Origin: Candidatus Uhrbacteria bacterium
Lineage (GTDB): Bacteria; Patescibacteriota; Patescibacteriia; UBA9934
Direction: 5' to 3'
Length of the DNA: 38,127 bases
Assembly (NCBI GenBank): GCA_030688135.1
Contig: JAUYIW010000022.1
Location: 1-38,127 of the forward strand
The notes under the pieces were generated by a model. It saw nothing but the letters and a program-made list of their open reading frames with translations, was not told the origin of the DNA and did not search any database. This document shows, piece after piece, positions 29,497 through 37,451 of the stretch. The translations under genes and the position numbers were made by a program. Numbering within the stretch: position 1 is the stretch's first letter; the number at the start of each line of letters is the position of its first letter.

Positions 29497-29561
29497 TCAT
29501 AGGTTATCATAGGTGCTATACTCCTGTCAAGCTTTTTATGAAATATCATAGCTTTTCATAG
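29497..29561 (-). promoter_or_regulatory. hsdM promoter with paired CTATGA direct repeats
   Basis: Minus strand TTGACA (29530-29525)-18bp-TAACCT; TCATAG at 29497, 29507, 29546, 29556. Confidence 0.55.
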
Positions 29562-29837
29562 GTTACAACCGTGCCGTAGATTTTAACCTCCTCCACAAAC
29601 TCCTCCACCATAGCCGTATTATCCTTCAACCAAATATACCAAAATAAGAACAATTCTTCGGAAAGCCGCCAATGCACTCTCATCCACACGTCCATTTCCG
29701 AGTCCGAAACACTTGAAATTTGTTTAGAATCAGCCATTTCTTCTTCCGGCTGATGTTCCAAATATTCCTATACAGTCATCCTTTTCTTTACCAACCCTTC
29801 GGTTTCCGGTTCCAATCGCGTTAATGACCCCCCACCA

Positions 29838-29883
29838 AAAACAAACTCCGCTCCATCTGAATCAGGTGAAGTGGAGTTTGTTT
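29838..29883. terminator. Bidirectional-type terminator hairpin
   Basis: AAACAAACTCCGCT...AGTGGAGTTTGTTT. Confidence 0.65.
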
Positions 29884-30132
29884 ATCGGTATGTGTCTACG
29901 TATATTTACGTTCTAAAATAAGCCCAAACATATTAAAAATTCAACACAATTGCAACGATCGCGACAAATCTGTAAAACTTTTAATATCATTATGACTATA
30001 GATCAATCCTACGGGTTCAGAACGATTGACTTCTAGAATAGAAGATTTATTAAATATGTCCGTACTACCATAGAAATCATCTATCTAATAACAACCCTTC
30101 CCTCGCGTCTTCTTAAACCGCTATAATTCAAA

Positions 30133-30178
30133 GCCCCCGCAGTGCAGATCAAGTCAGACTTGATTGCACCGCAGGGGC
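30133..30178 (-). terminator. Long GC-rich hairpin/terminator after ORF 30189..30683
   Basis: Minus strand GCCCCTGCGGTGCAATCAAGTCTGACTTGATCTGCACTGCGGGGGC then TTT. Confidence 0.65.
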
Positions 30179-30188
30179 ACGCTTGACA

Positions 30189-30683
30189 TCACCCGTTGTT
30201 CACCTCGAGACGACCATTGCTCTCCCAGAAATCCCAGACTCCCTCGGACTCCCACGTGATGTAGGTAGTCTCGCCCTGGGTGTTTTCGTCCGTGAAGAGC
30301 GAGAGCTGGGGGCCGGAACCGTACACGATAAGCCCCGTGCACTCGGCGTCAAAATGCGAAGGCACGTCGTAGAAGATGAACTCGAACACTCCGTTGTCGA
30401 GAATAAAGGTCTCGGCCACCTGTTCCATCTCACCTTCGTTAGTTTCGAAGGTGCAGGTAACGGTCGCGTCGGAGTAGCCGCTATAGTAGGCGGCCCACTC
30501 GATGGTCATCGAATTGTCGGGCTCGGCGGAGCCGTATCCACCGCTGCCGTCTTCGTCGTACTCACCGCAGAAGACGACCTCCCCGCCTTCGTAGCAGACG
30601 CCGAGAGCTTCAGTTTCGCACCCGGTCAGGCCGAGGGTGAGGAACAGGCCGACGAGACTCATGAAGAAGTTGCTGAAACGCAT
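30189..30683 (-). CDS. Hypothetical acidic lipoprotein (GC-rich)
   Basis: MRFSNFF...LGLTGC lipobox, AAGGA SD, C/G-rich third positions in this frame, downstream hairpin. Confidence 0.75.
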   Translation of the reverse strand: MRFSNFFMSLVGLFLTLGLTGCETEALGVCYEGGEVVFCGEYDEDGSGGYGSAEPDNSMTIEWAAYYSGYSDATVTCTFETNEGEMEQVAETFILDNGVFEFIFYDVPSHFDAECTGLIVYGSGPQLSLFTDENTQGETTYITWESEGVWDFWESNGRLEVNNG

Positions 30684-30786
30684 GTTGCGTCCTTTGGGGC
30701 AAAGCCCCGGTTTATTTTTGAATTTTGCTAAGAACCATCACTGGCCAGAAACAATATTCTGATCAACGATAGTTCCAAAATGAACG

Positions 30787-30836
30787 AAAAAGGCAGGCTT
30801 TGGTAACTCAACTGAGAGGTACAAAAACCTGCCTTT
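30787..30836 (-). terminator. Intrinsic terminator closing the putative array RNA
   Basis: Minus strand AAAGGCAGGTTTT...AAAGCCTGCCTTTTT. Confidence 0.75.
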
Positions 30837-30933
30837 GTCAGCGAATCGATCTCCGAACAGACACATTGGTCTGTCCCTACACGAAAACTGACTTGTCCTT
30901 AACCCCCGGACTAGGGCTCTCTCCTGTAATTGG

Positions 30934-31219
30934 GAAGGTTCGTCTGGATGGACTCTGTTCGTTGCGACCCTGTCGACCTGCGGCCGCGTTCATCTGTCGG
31001 CTGAGGGTTCGTTCAGGCCTCGAGGGTTCATCCAACGGTTTGTTCGTTGGCCAACTGACGACTGGCTTTGGCCGTTCGTCTGGCGGACGTGGGTTCATTC
31101 GTGGTGCGAAGGTTCGTCTGGATGGACTCTGTTCGTTGCGACCCTGTCGACCTGCGGCCGCGTTCATCTGACGACTGAGGGTTCGTTCAGGCCTCGAAGG
31201 TTCATCAAACGGTTTGTTC
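30934..31219. repeat. 112-bp direct repeat, 174-bp offset, 4 mismatches
   Basis: 30934-31045 versus 31108-31219. Confidence 0.95.
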
Positions 31220-31263
31220 AAATAACATTCGCTACGGTGCCGGCATCCTAATTTACAAAATGT

Positions 31264-31292
31264 ACTATACCACATTTTGGCACTTTTGTCAA
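31264..31292 (-). promoter_or_regulatory. Near-consensus sigma70 promoter pointing into the repeat array
   Basis: Minus strand TTGACA-17bp-TATAGT with extended TG. Confidence 0.75.
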
Positions 31293-31383
31293 GCCCTGGG
31301 GTTGATATTTTGGCTAAAATTAGCCACGCTTCCAAACCTAGCCAAATTTCAAAATCAATAATATGTGCTATAATAACAGCACT

Positions 31384-32790
31384 ATGAGAACTATAAAATT
31401 TCCAACTATAATCGTGGCAATAGCAATCGTAATAGTATCGGCATTAGTGAGTCCGAATCAGGCTTTTGCTTATGACCAAAACTATATTTTAAGTGACTGG
31501 GATTTAACCGATCCCTTTGCCCTTGATTTAAATCAAATCCAAAACTTTCTAGAACGTGGCTATTTAGCTGATTATAAAACCGAGGATTCAGAGGGCGACG
31601 TTCGCTATGCCGCGGACATTATTTGGAATGCAGCGCAAAACTACAATATTAGTCCTAAATTCCTTCTTGTTCTTCTTCAAAAAGAGCAAAGCCTAATCGA
31701 AGACGATAGCCCAACCGAAAAACAGCTTAGCTGGGCAACCGGCTACGCTGTATGCGACGATTGCTCAATGAGCGCCCCATCGATTCAACGCTGGAAAGGC
31801 TTTGGTAAACAAGTTAACTCTGCTGCAATGCAATTTAGCGAAGGATACCTAGCTGACATCGAGGCTACCGGCTCGACTCAGGGAAAGTACGGCCCTGGCA
31901 TTCCAGTTGAGATTGATGGCGAAATAATCGTACCGGCAAACGCAGCAACAGCTGCCATGTATGCTTACACTCCGCACATTCATGGAAATATAAACTTTTC
32001 TAGAATTTGGGAGCGCTGGTTTAGCATTCAATACCCTTCTGGAACTTTGCTCAAAATCGCAGGCGAATCCGGAGTCTATCTAATCGAGTACGGTTACAAA
32101 CGACCAATAGAAAGCTGGAGCGCGCTTCTTTCTAGGTTTAATCCTTCACTAATGATTGAAGTTGCTAAAAACTCTCTTGATCTATATCCAGACGGAAACC
32201 CAATAGCCTTCCCAAACTATTCCCTTTTGCAAGATGATGACGGCAATATTTACTTGCTCGTTGATGACTCATTACGCCACATCGACAGCATGGAAACTTT
32301 CCGCTACATTGGATTTGCAGAAGATGAAATTGTTAAAATCGAAAATGATGACTTAGCGTATTTTGAAAAAGGGCTTCCGCTTACAATGCTAAGTGCCGAC
32401 CCTGGCGAGCAACTTTTGCAACTATCTAGCAATGGTGCGATGTTTTATATAAAAGATGGTTATAGGCATGCCATCACCGACAAAGCAATTTTGACTGCTA
32501 GATTCCCTAACGCTTACTTGCAAAGTGTACAAGCAGTGGTAGTTGAGCAATACGCAGAAGGTCGTGCACTAACTCTACCTGACGGATATTTGATTAAATC
32601 TACCGATAGCCCCGCAGTGTACGTTATTAGCGAAGGCGAACGTAGATCTATTGGATCTGAAGAAATATTTCTTTCATATGGCTGGTCTTGGGATGATATT
32701 GTAGAACTTTCACCTTCTGCGCTTAACCTTCATCCTTTAGGACTCGCAATCGATAATCCACTTGATACTCTAATGCTCGCTACCGAATAA
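31384..32790 (+). CDS. Secreted/surface protein: putative lysozyme-like N-domain plus repeated C-terminal beta modules
   Basis: Signal peptide (NQAFA), ISPKFLLVLLQKEQSL, AMYAYTPH, repeated G.L.K...VY.I..G.RR units; TGCTATAAT upstream supports ATG 31384. Confidence 0.7.
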   Translation: MRTIKFPTIIVAIAIVIVSALVSPNQAFAYDQNYILSDWDLTDPFALDLNQIQNFLERGYLADYKTEDSEGDVRYAADIIWNAAQNYNISPKFLLVLLQKEQSLIEDDSPTEKQLSWATGYAVCDDCSMSAPSIQRWKGFGKQVNSAAMQFSEGYLADIEATGSTQGKYGPGIPVEIDGEIIVPANAATAAMYAYTPHIHGNINFSRIWERWFSIQYPSGTLLKIAGESGVYLIEYGYKRPIESWSALLSRFNPSLMIEVAKNSLDLYPDGNPIAFPNYSLLQDDDGNIYLLVDDSLRHIDSMETFRYIGFAEDEIVKIENDDLAYFEKGLPLTMLSADPGEQLLQLSSNGAMFYIKDGYRHAITDKAILTARFPNAYLQSVQAVVVEQYAEGRALTLPDGYLIKSTDSPAVYVISEGERRSIGSEEIFLSYGWSWDDIVELSPSALNLHPLGLAIDNPLDTLMLATE

Positions 32791-32898
32791 CTTACCACCT
32801 ACAGACTACGAATCTTTTACAGGCGTACAGACTGAATTATGAGTTTCTCGATCTGTAAATCTGTAACGATCTGTAATCCGTAGGTAACCCCGCATACT

Positions 32899-33690
32899 AT
32901 GCTCGTTTTTGCAGCATTCACTCCACACTCACCGCTTCTCCTACCTTCCATTAATAAGACGCAAATGGATAAGGTGGAAAAGACTACTTCTGCCATGCAA
33001 GAATTGGCCGATGAACTTTACGCTTCGCATCCTGATGTTATAGTTCATATTTCTGAACATCCAACTATTTATCCAGATGCGTTTTCAATCAACCTAAGCG
33101 ACCCTTACAAGTTTGATCTTTCAAGTCTTGGTGATTTAGGCATTACACGTACCTTTAGACCAGACATAATGCTAATCGATAGACTGCAAAGATCTTTGCG
33201 TGCAGAATCACAACCTATTACTCTTACAACGGACTACGCACTACATTATGCTTCTGCGGTGCCATTACTGCTCCTAACAAAGGAATTGCCAAATGTGCAG
33301 CTTGTTCCAATTTCTTTTAGCGAGCTTCCTCCAAAGGATCATTTTCACTTTGGTCAGGCTTTGAAAGATATGATATTTGCAAGTGATAAACGCATTGCGG
33401 TAATAGCAAGCGGAGATATGTCGCACGCGCTAACAAGTAATGCTCCTGCAGATTTTCATAAAGACGGCCAAATTTATGATGATAAAATTCAAGAAATTAT
33501 TGCTCAAAGAAATTCTGCCGGACTGCTCAGCCTAAGCCCAGAAATAGTAGCGAACGCAAAAGAAACTTCTTACCTTCCTTTAGCAATTTTTTTTGGACTA
33601 CTGGACAAGGTTTCTATGACGCCACAAATATTAAGTTACGAGGCACCGTTTGGAGTTGGCTACCTTACCGTTAACTTTGTTCTGAAATAG
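32899..33690 (+). CDS. AmmeMemoRadiSam protein B / class III extradiol dioxygenase (LigB)-like protein
   Basis: TPHSPLLLP, IAVIASGDMSH, SYEAPFGVGY. Confidence 0.85.
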   Translation: MLVFAAFTPHSPLLLPSINKTQMDKVEKTTSAMQELADELYASHPDVIVHISEHPTIYPDAFSINLSDPYKFDLSSLGDLGITRTFRPDIMLIDRLQRSLRAESQPITLTTDYALHYASAVPLLLLTKELPNVQLVPISFSELPPKDHFHFGQALKDMIFASDKRIAVIASGDMSHALTSNAPADFHKDGQIYDDKIQEIIAQRNSAGLLSLSPEIVANAKETSYLPLAIFFGLLDKVSMTPQILSYEAPFGVGYLTVNFVLK

Positions 33691-33706
33691 AATTATCAAA
33701 TTAGTC

Positions 33707-35515
33707 ATGTTTGCAGAAATATATCCAATACTACGTCTGCCCCGAGGCTTTGAGTACTTTGACTACTCCATCCCACAGTCAATGGTCGTGCACGCCGGAG
33801 ATATTGTAAAAATATCATTTCGTAACAGGCCAGTGCTCGGAGTAATACGAGCAACTAAAACGTCGAGCGATATAAAAAATATTGCACCAATTGAGGAGGT
33901 TGTCGCCTCTGCTTTTTTCACTTTGGGCGATATTTTGCGCTACGAAAATATTGCAAAATCTATAATTCAATCCCCTTCATCGATTATATTTTCTGCAATG
34001 TATGGATATAAAAAGAGAGAGTTTAGGTGGAGTCAAGAAAATTCAGTAAAGGCACCGCTGTCTGTTTCAAATCTAGTTGGTGAAGAGATTAAAAATGCAT
34101 TAAAAATGTTGAACACAAATAGTAACCTATTCGTGCAGACATCAATTGAAGGCCTGCTGTCACTTGCGACCATCCTGAACAAAAAATTTGAACATCAAAT
34201 TTTAGTATTAGTCGCTAGACCGGGAGACGTAATGCAAATCGAAAAGTTACTTGATTTTGGATTAAAGTCTGCTTATCTCCATGGGAAAGTAAGCGGAGCA
34301 CAAAGAGATTCAATAATTCAAGGTTGGCAAAATGGAAATATTAAAGTGCTCGTTGGAACAAAGCAGGCGTCACTCATTCCTGCAAAAAAACTCGATGCAA
34401 TCTTAATCGCAGAAGTTGATAGCGAAGACCATTCAAGCTGGGACAGAAACCCACGTTACGATGCAAGGCTTTCGGCAGAATTACTTGCTAAACAACATAA
34501 ATGTAAATTAATATTATCTGCTCCACTGCCACGTTTAAACGACTATATAAATAGCGACCGTAAGATTCTTTGGTCAGGCAATGCTGATTGCGATATAGTT
34601 TCGCATAAAGCAGAAGAGCAAAAAACTCAAATTCCATTGATATCTGACGACCTATATAAGGCCATATTCAACACTTTACAAAACGGCAAATCTGTGCTAC
34701 TCTCGTACAACCGTAAAGGATTTGCAAGGCGTTTACAGTGCAGCTCCTGCGGGCACATTCCATTCTGTGGAACATGCGGAGCGGTCCCAATTGTTCGTGA
34801 AAATGACCTTGCATGTCCGGTTTGCGAAGCCATAATGTGGATACCAAAGAAATGTCCATCATGTTCGGCTGTTAGACTATACGAAAAAGGAATTGGAAAT
34901 CAAAGATTAAAAACTAAGTTAAGTAAGGCTTTTCCAAACGCAAAATTGGAGATAATTGAAAAATCATCTAAACAATTCTATAGCACAGATAGGCTCGTAG
35001 AACCTTCAATAATCCTTGCTACCGAATATTATTTTAGACAGATCCATGGAATATTTAAAAGACCAAACTTTGGCCTTGTGGCAGAACTTGCTTTTGATCT
35101 TCATCTTTCAGACTCCCGCTATGATGCCTCAGAATATGCTGCACAGCGCTTGCATAGGCTAATGCGAATTGCAGAACAGCAAAAGGCTGAGTGCATTGTT
35201 CAAACCTGGCTACCCGATATTGTTAAAAAAATGCTTAGGTCTGAACGGTTTCTACATGACGAATTAGATATTCGGAAAACTTATAAATTACCGCCTATTC
35301 TTAATCGACTCACTATTAAACCTGCACCTACGGAGGGTCTAACACAAAATCTAGTTGATGTAGACATGCAAACTGTGGACGATAGTGCGGTAATTAGGTA
35401 TCCTGAAAGCCAAGTATTAAATCTGTACAATGTACTAAAAAATCTTCCAGTAAAATCAATAATCATTCCAGAACTTACTCGCTATGACGCTCAAATTAAT
35501 TCTAAAACATCCTAA
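33707..35515 (+). CDS. priA: Primosomal protein N' (PriA), helicase motifs degenerate
   Basis: FDYSIP N-domain, PRYDAR, NRKGFA, four CxxC, GIGNQRL; Walker A and DExH not conserved. Confidence 0.85.
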   Translation: MFAEIYPILRLPRGFEYFDYSIPQSMVVHAGDIVKISFRNRPVLGVIRATKTSSDIKNIAPIEEVVASAFFTLGDILRYENIAKSIIQSPSSIIFSAMYGYKKREFRWSQENSVKAPLSVSNLVGEEIKNALKMLNTNSNLFVQTSIEGLLSLATILNKKFEHQILVLVARPGDVMQIEKLLDFGLKSAYLHGKVSGAQRDSIIQGWQNGNIKVLVGTKQASLIPAKKLDAILIAEVDSEDHSSWDRNPRYDARLSAELLAKQHKCKLILSAPLPRLNDYINSDRKILWSGNADCDIVSHKAEEQKTQIPLISDDLYKAIFNTLQNGKSVLLSYNRKGFARRLQCSSCGHIPFCGTCGAVPIVRENDLACPVCEAIMWIPKKCPSCSAVRLYEKGIGNQRLKTKLSKAFPNAKLEIIEKSSKQFYSTDRLVEPSIILATEYYFRQIHGIFKRPNFGLVAELAFDLHLSDSRYDASEYAAQRLHRLMRIAEQQKAECIVQTWLPDIVKKMLRSERFLHDELDIRKTYKLPPILNRLTIKPAPTEGLTQNLVDVDMQTVDDSAVIRYPESQVLNLYNVLKNLPVKSIIIPELTRYDAQINSKTS

Positions 35516-35981
35516 TGACCAACTCCTGAAGGTCTCTGAACCGCTGAGTGATGAAGACATAAAGTCTGATTCAACGCAACGGTTGATTGATGATATGCTT
35601 CTAACTATGAATACCGAAAAAGGTATTGGTCTTGCTGCTCCACAGGTTGGAGTTCATAAAAGATTGTTTGTTCTCGATCTCGGAGATGGCCCTATAGTCT
35701 TGATTAATCCGAAAATTATTTCAAGATCTACAAGAATGATTGAAACCACAGAAGGCTGTCTTTCAATTCCTGGTGTTTGGGGTGTTGTTGCACGACACAA
35801 AAGCGTTAAGCTAAAAGCAAAAAATAGAAAAGGCGAACCTATTCGAGTTAAAGCTAGTGGCCTATTTTCTGTAGTTTGCCAACATGAAAATGATCACTTG
35901 GACGGCATTCTATTTATCGATCGTGCAGATAGAATTTTAGAGGGTGAAGAAATGTTGGAAGGTGCTGAAGCAATTATTTAA
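35484..35981 (+). CDS. def: Peptide deformylase
   Basis: GIGLAAPQVG, EGCLS, QHENDHLDG. Confidence 0.97.
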   Translation: MTLKLILKHPNDQLLKVSEPLSDEDIKSDSTQRLIDDMLLTMNTEKGIGLAAPQVGVHKRLFVLDLGDGPIVLINPKIISRSTRMIETTEGCLSIPGVWGVVARHKSVKLKAKNRKGEPIRVKASGLFSVVCQHENDHLDGILFIDRADRILEGEEMLEGAEAII

Positions 35982-36057
35982 CAACGAAATCTACCAGTGT
36001 ACTAATCTGTATATCTGTAACTATCTGTACGTCAGTAGGTACCTGGTAAATCGAACT

Positions 36058-36117
36058 ATGAAGATCGTTTTCTTTGGCACACCGGAATTCTCAGTAAACT
36101 TCCTCGAGGCATCGCAC
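36058..36117 (+). pseudogene. Diverged duplicate of the first 20 codons of fmt
   Basis: MKIVFFGTPEFSVNFLEASH versus MKIVFFGTPEFSVNFLKALH; 9 nt differences, 7 synonymous. Confidence 0.85.
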
Positions 36118-36128
36118 ATTTCCCCTAT

Positions 36129-36167
36129 CCATCCTGAGGAGCTCAGCTTATCTGCGACGAAGGATCT
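36129..36167 (+). repeat. CCATCCTGAG...GAAGGATCT hairpin repeat copy
   Basis: Lies between the fmt fragment and intact fmt; similar to 9262-9298. Confidence 0.8.
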
Positions 36168-36175
36168 TTCGTAAT

Positions 36176-37129
36176 ATGAAAATAGTATTTTTCGGTACAC
36201 CGGAATTTTCAGTAAACTTCCTCAAGGCATTGCACGCCGACGAGGATATTTTAGTATCTGCAGTTGTGTGTCAGCCTGACAAAGCCGTAGGACGAAAACA
36301 GATTTTGACTGCACCACCTACAAAAGTTTTTGCACTACAAAATAATATTGATGTTATCCAACCAGATGACTTACGTTCAAGCGTTCAAACTGTTCAAACG
36401 TTAAAATCAATTGGAGCCGATGCATTTATTGTAGTTGCATACGGCAAAATTATTCCTGACGAAATTTTACAAATACCCAGACTTCGCACATTAAACGTCC
36501 ATCCTTCCCTTTTGCCAAAGTATCGCGGACCTTCACCAATGCAAAGCGCAATTTCTGCTGGAGAAACCGAAACAGGTGTTTCAATAATGATACTAGACGC
36601 TAAAATGGATCATGGACCAATACTTGCTCAAGCAGTGATTAATCTTGAAGCCTCTGAAACCATTGAAACTCTTGAAACGAAAGTAGTAGATGTTGGCGCT
36701 CCGCTACTCATTGATGCATTAAAAAAATACGCAACCGGACAGCTCGAAGCCAAAGATCAGGATCACGATAAAGCAACGATTTGTAAATTACTATCGCGCG
36801 AAGATGGCGTGATTGATTGGAGAGAATCAGCCGAAGTAATTGAACGTAAAATTCGCGCCTACCAACCTTGGCCTGGAACTTCAACACTGTGGAACGATAA
36901 GTCGCTTAAAATTCATAGAGCGTGTATAGCCCGTGCTCATGATGAGTTGGAAGAAATTCCTCTCAATCTTAAACCCGGCCAAGTTAAAATCGTAAATCAT
37001 AAACTCTATATCGGCACAGGTAAAGAAGCGCTTGAAGTTCTCGAGCTTCAACTTGAAAGTAAACAAAAAATGAAATCAGAGGCCTTCGTAGCCGGCAATT
37101 CCGATATAAACGATATAATGCTCGATTAA
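36176..37129 (+). CDS. fmt: Methionyl-tRNA formyltransferase
   Basis: FFGTPEF, VVAYGKI, NVHPSLLPKYRGPSP, MDHGPI. Confidence 0.97.
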   Translation: MKIVFFGTPEFSVNFLKALHADEDILVSAVVCQPDKAVGRKQILTAPPTKVFALQNNIDVIQPDDLRSSVQTVQTLKSIGADAFIVVAYGKIIPDEILQIPRLRTLNVHPSLLPKYRGPSPMQSAISAGETETGVSIMILDAKMDHGPILAQAVINLEASETIETLETKVVDVGAPLLIDALKKYATGQLEAKDQDHDKATICKLLSREDGVIDWRESAEVIERKIRAYQPWPGTSTLWNDKSLKIHRACIARAHDELEEIPLNLKPGQVKIVNHKLYIGTGKEALEVLELQLESKQKMKSEAFVAGNSDINDIMLD

Positions 37130-37154
37130 GGAAATTCAATTCGCCTTACACTTC

Positions 37155-37289
37155 AAAATACATCTATTGGTCCGATCGGACCAATAGATGTATTTTAGTA
37201 TTTTCAATATTTCGCTAAAATTAGCATAAGAATACGGCTAGCTTAAATTTCACGAAACATGTATTGGTCCGATCGGACTAAAACATGTT
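37155..37289. repeat. Pair of GTCCGATCGGAC-core palindromes
   Basis: Perfect 42-bp palindrome at 37155-37196 and imperfect AACATGTATTGGTCCGA|TCGGACTAAAACATGTT at 37256-37289. Confidence 0.95.
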
Positions 37290-37337
37290 GATGCTAAATC
37301 AAGGTCAAAATACAAAATCCACTGCTTTTATATGTAT

Positions 37338-37393
37338 TTCACAACAATTATTTCACAACAATTAATTCACAACAATTAATTCACAACAATTAA
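37338..37393 (+). repeat. Four 14-bp tandem repeats TTCACAACAATTAA abutting a promoter
   Basis: Units at 37338, 37352, 37366, 37380; TTGACA at 37396, TATTGT at 37419 (17-bp spacer). Confidence 0.92.
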
Positions 37394-37451
37394 CGTTGAC
37401 AATACAGCATCAATGTGCTATTGTTGCTGCTTGCTAACAAAGGAGTGAGAC

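Larger units (their letters stand above)
20973..29837 (-). mobile_element. tRNA-adjacent defence island (type I RM cluster); no integrase visible
   Basis: Co-oriented hsd cluster directly after the tRNA; possible degenerate tRNA 3'-end copy at 29808-29837. Confidence 0.55.
30787..31257 (-). ncRNA. Putative ~470-nt ncRNA containing an array of phased AYGAAC motifs with variable spacers
   Basis: Promoter upstream, terminator downstream, 14 GTTCR(T) motifs on + at 19/16/31-32 nt spacing, 112-bp internal duplication. Confidence 0.6.

Noticed and set aside
30183-30731. 182-aa plus-strand ORF
   Set aside because: Antisense shadow of the GC-rich lipoprotein gene, which has the signal peptide, SD and terminator
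30934-31219. CRISPR array or TIGR array
   Set aside because: Repeats are ~6-9 nt and spacers ~10 nt, unlike CRISPR; no regular ~36-nt dual-repeat unit and no Cas or Nop-domain gene nearby
30877-31335. 152-aa minus-strand ORF and 123-aa plus-strand ORF (30800..31171) across the repeat array
   Set aside because: The minus ORF starts upstream of and runs through the promoter, has no SD and low-complexity composition, and the dominant 19-nt period is not a multiple of 3. Not fully excluded.
35944-36174. 76-aa ORF as a real gene
   Set aside because: Composite of repeat DNA and the duplicated fmt fragment
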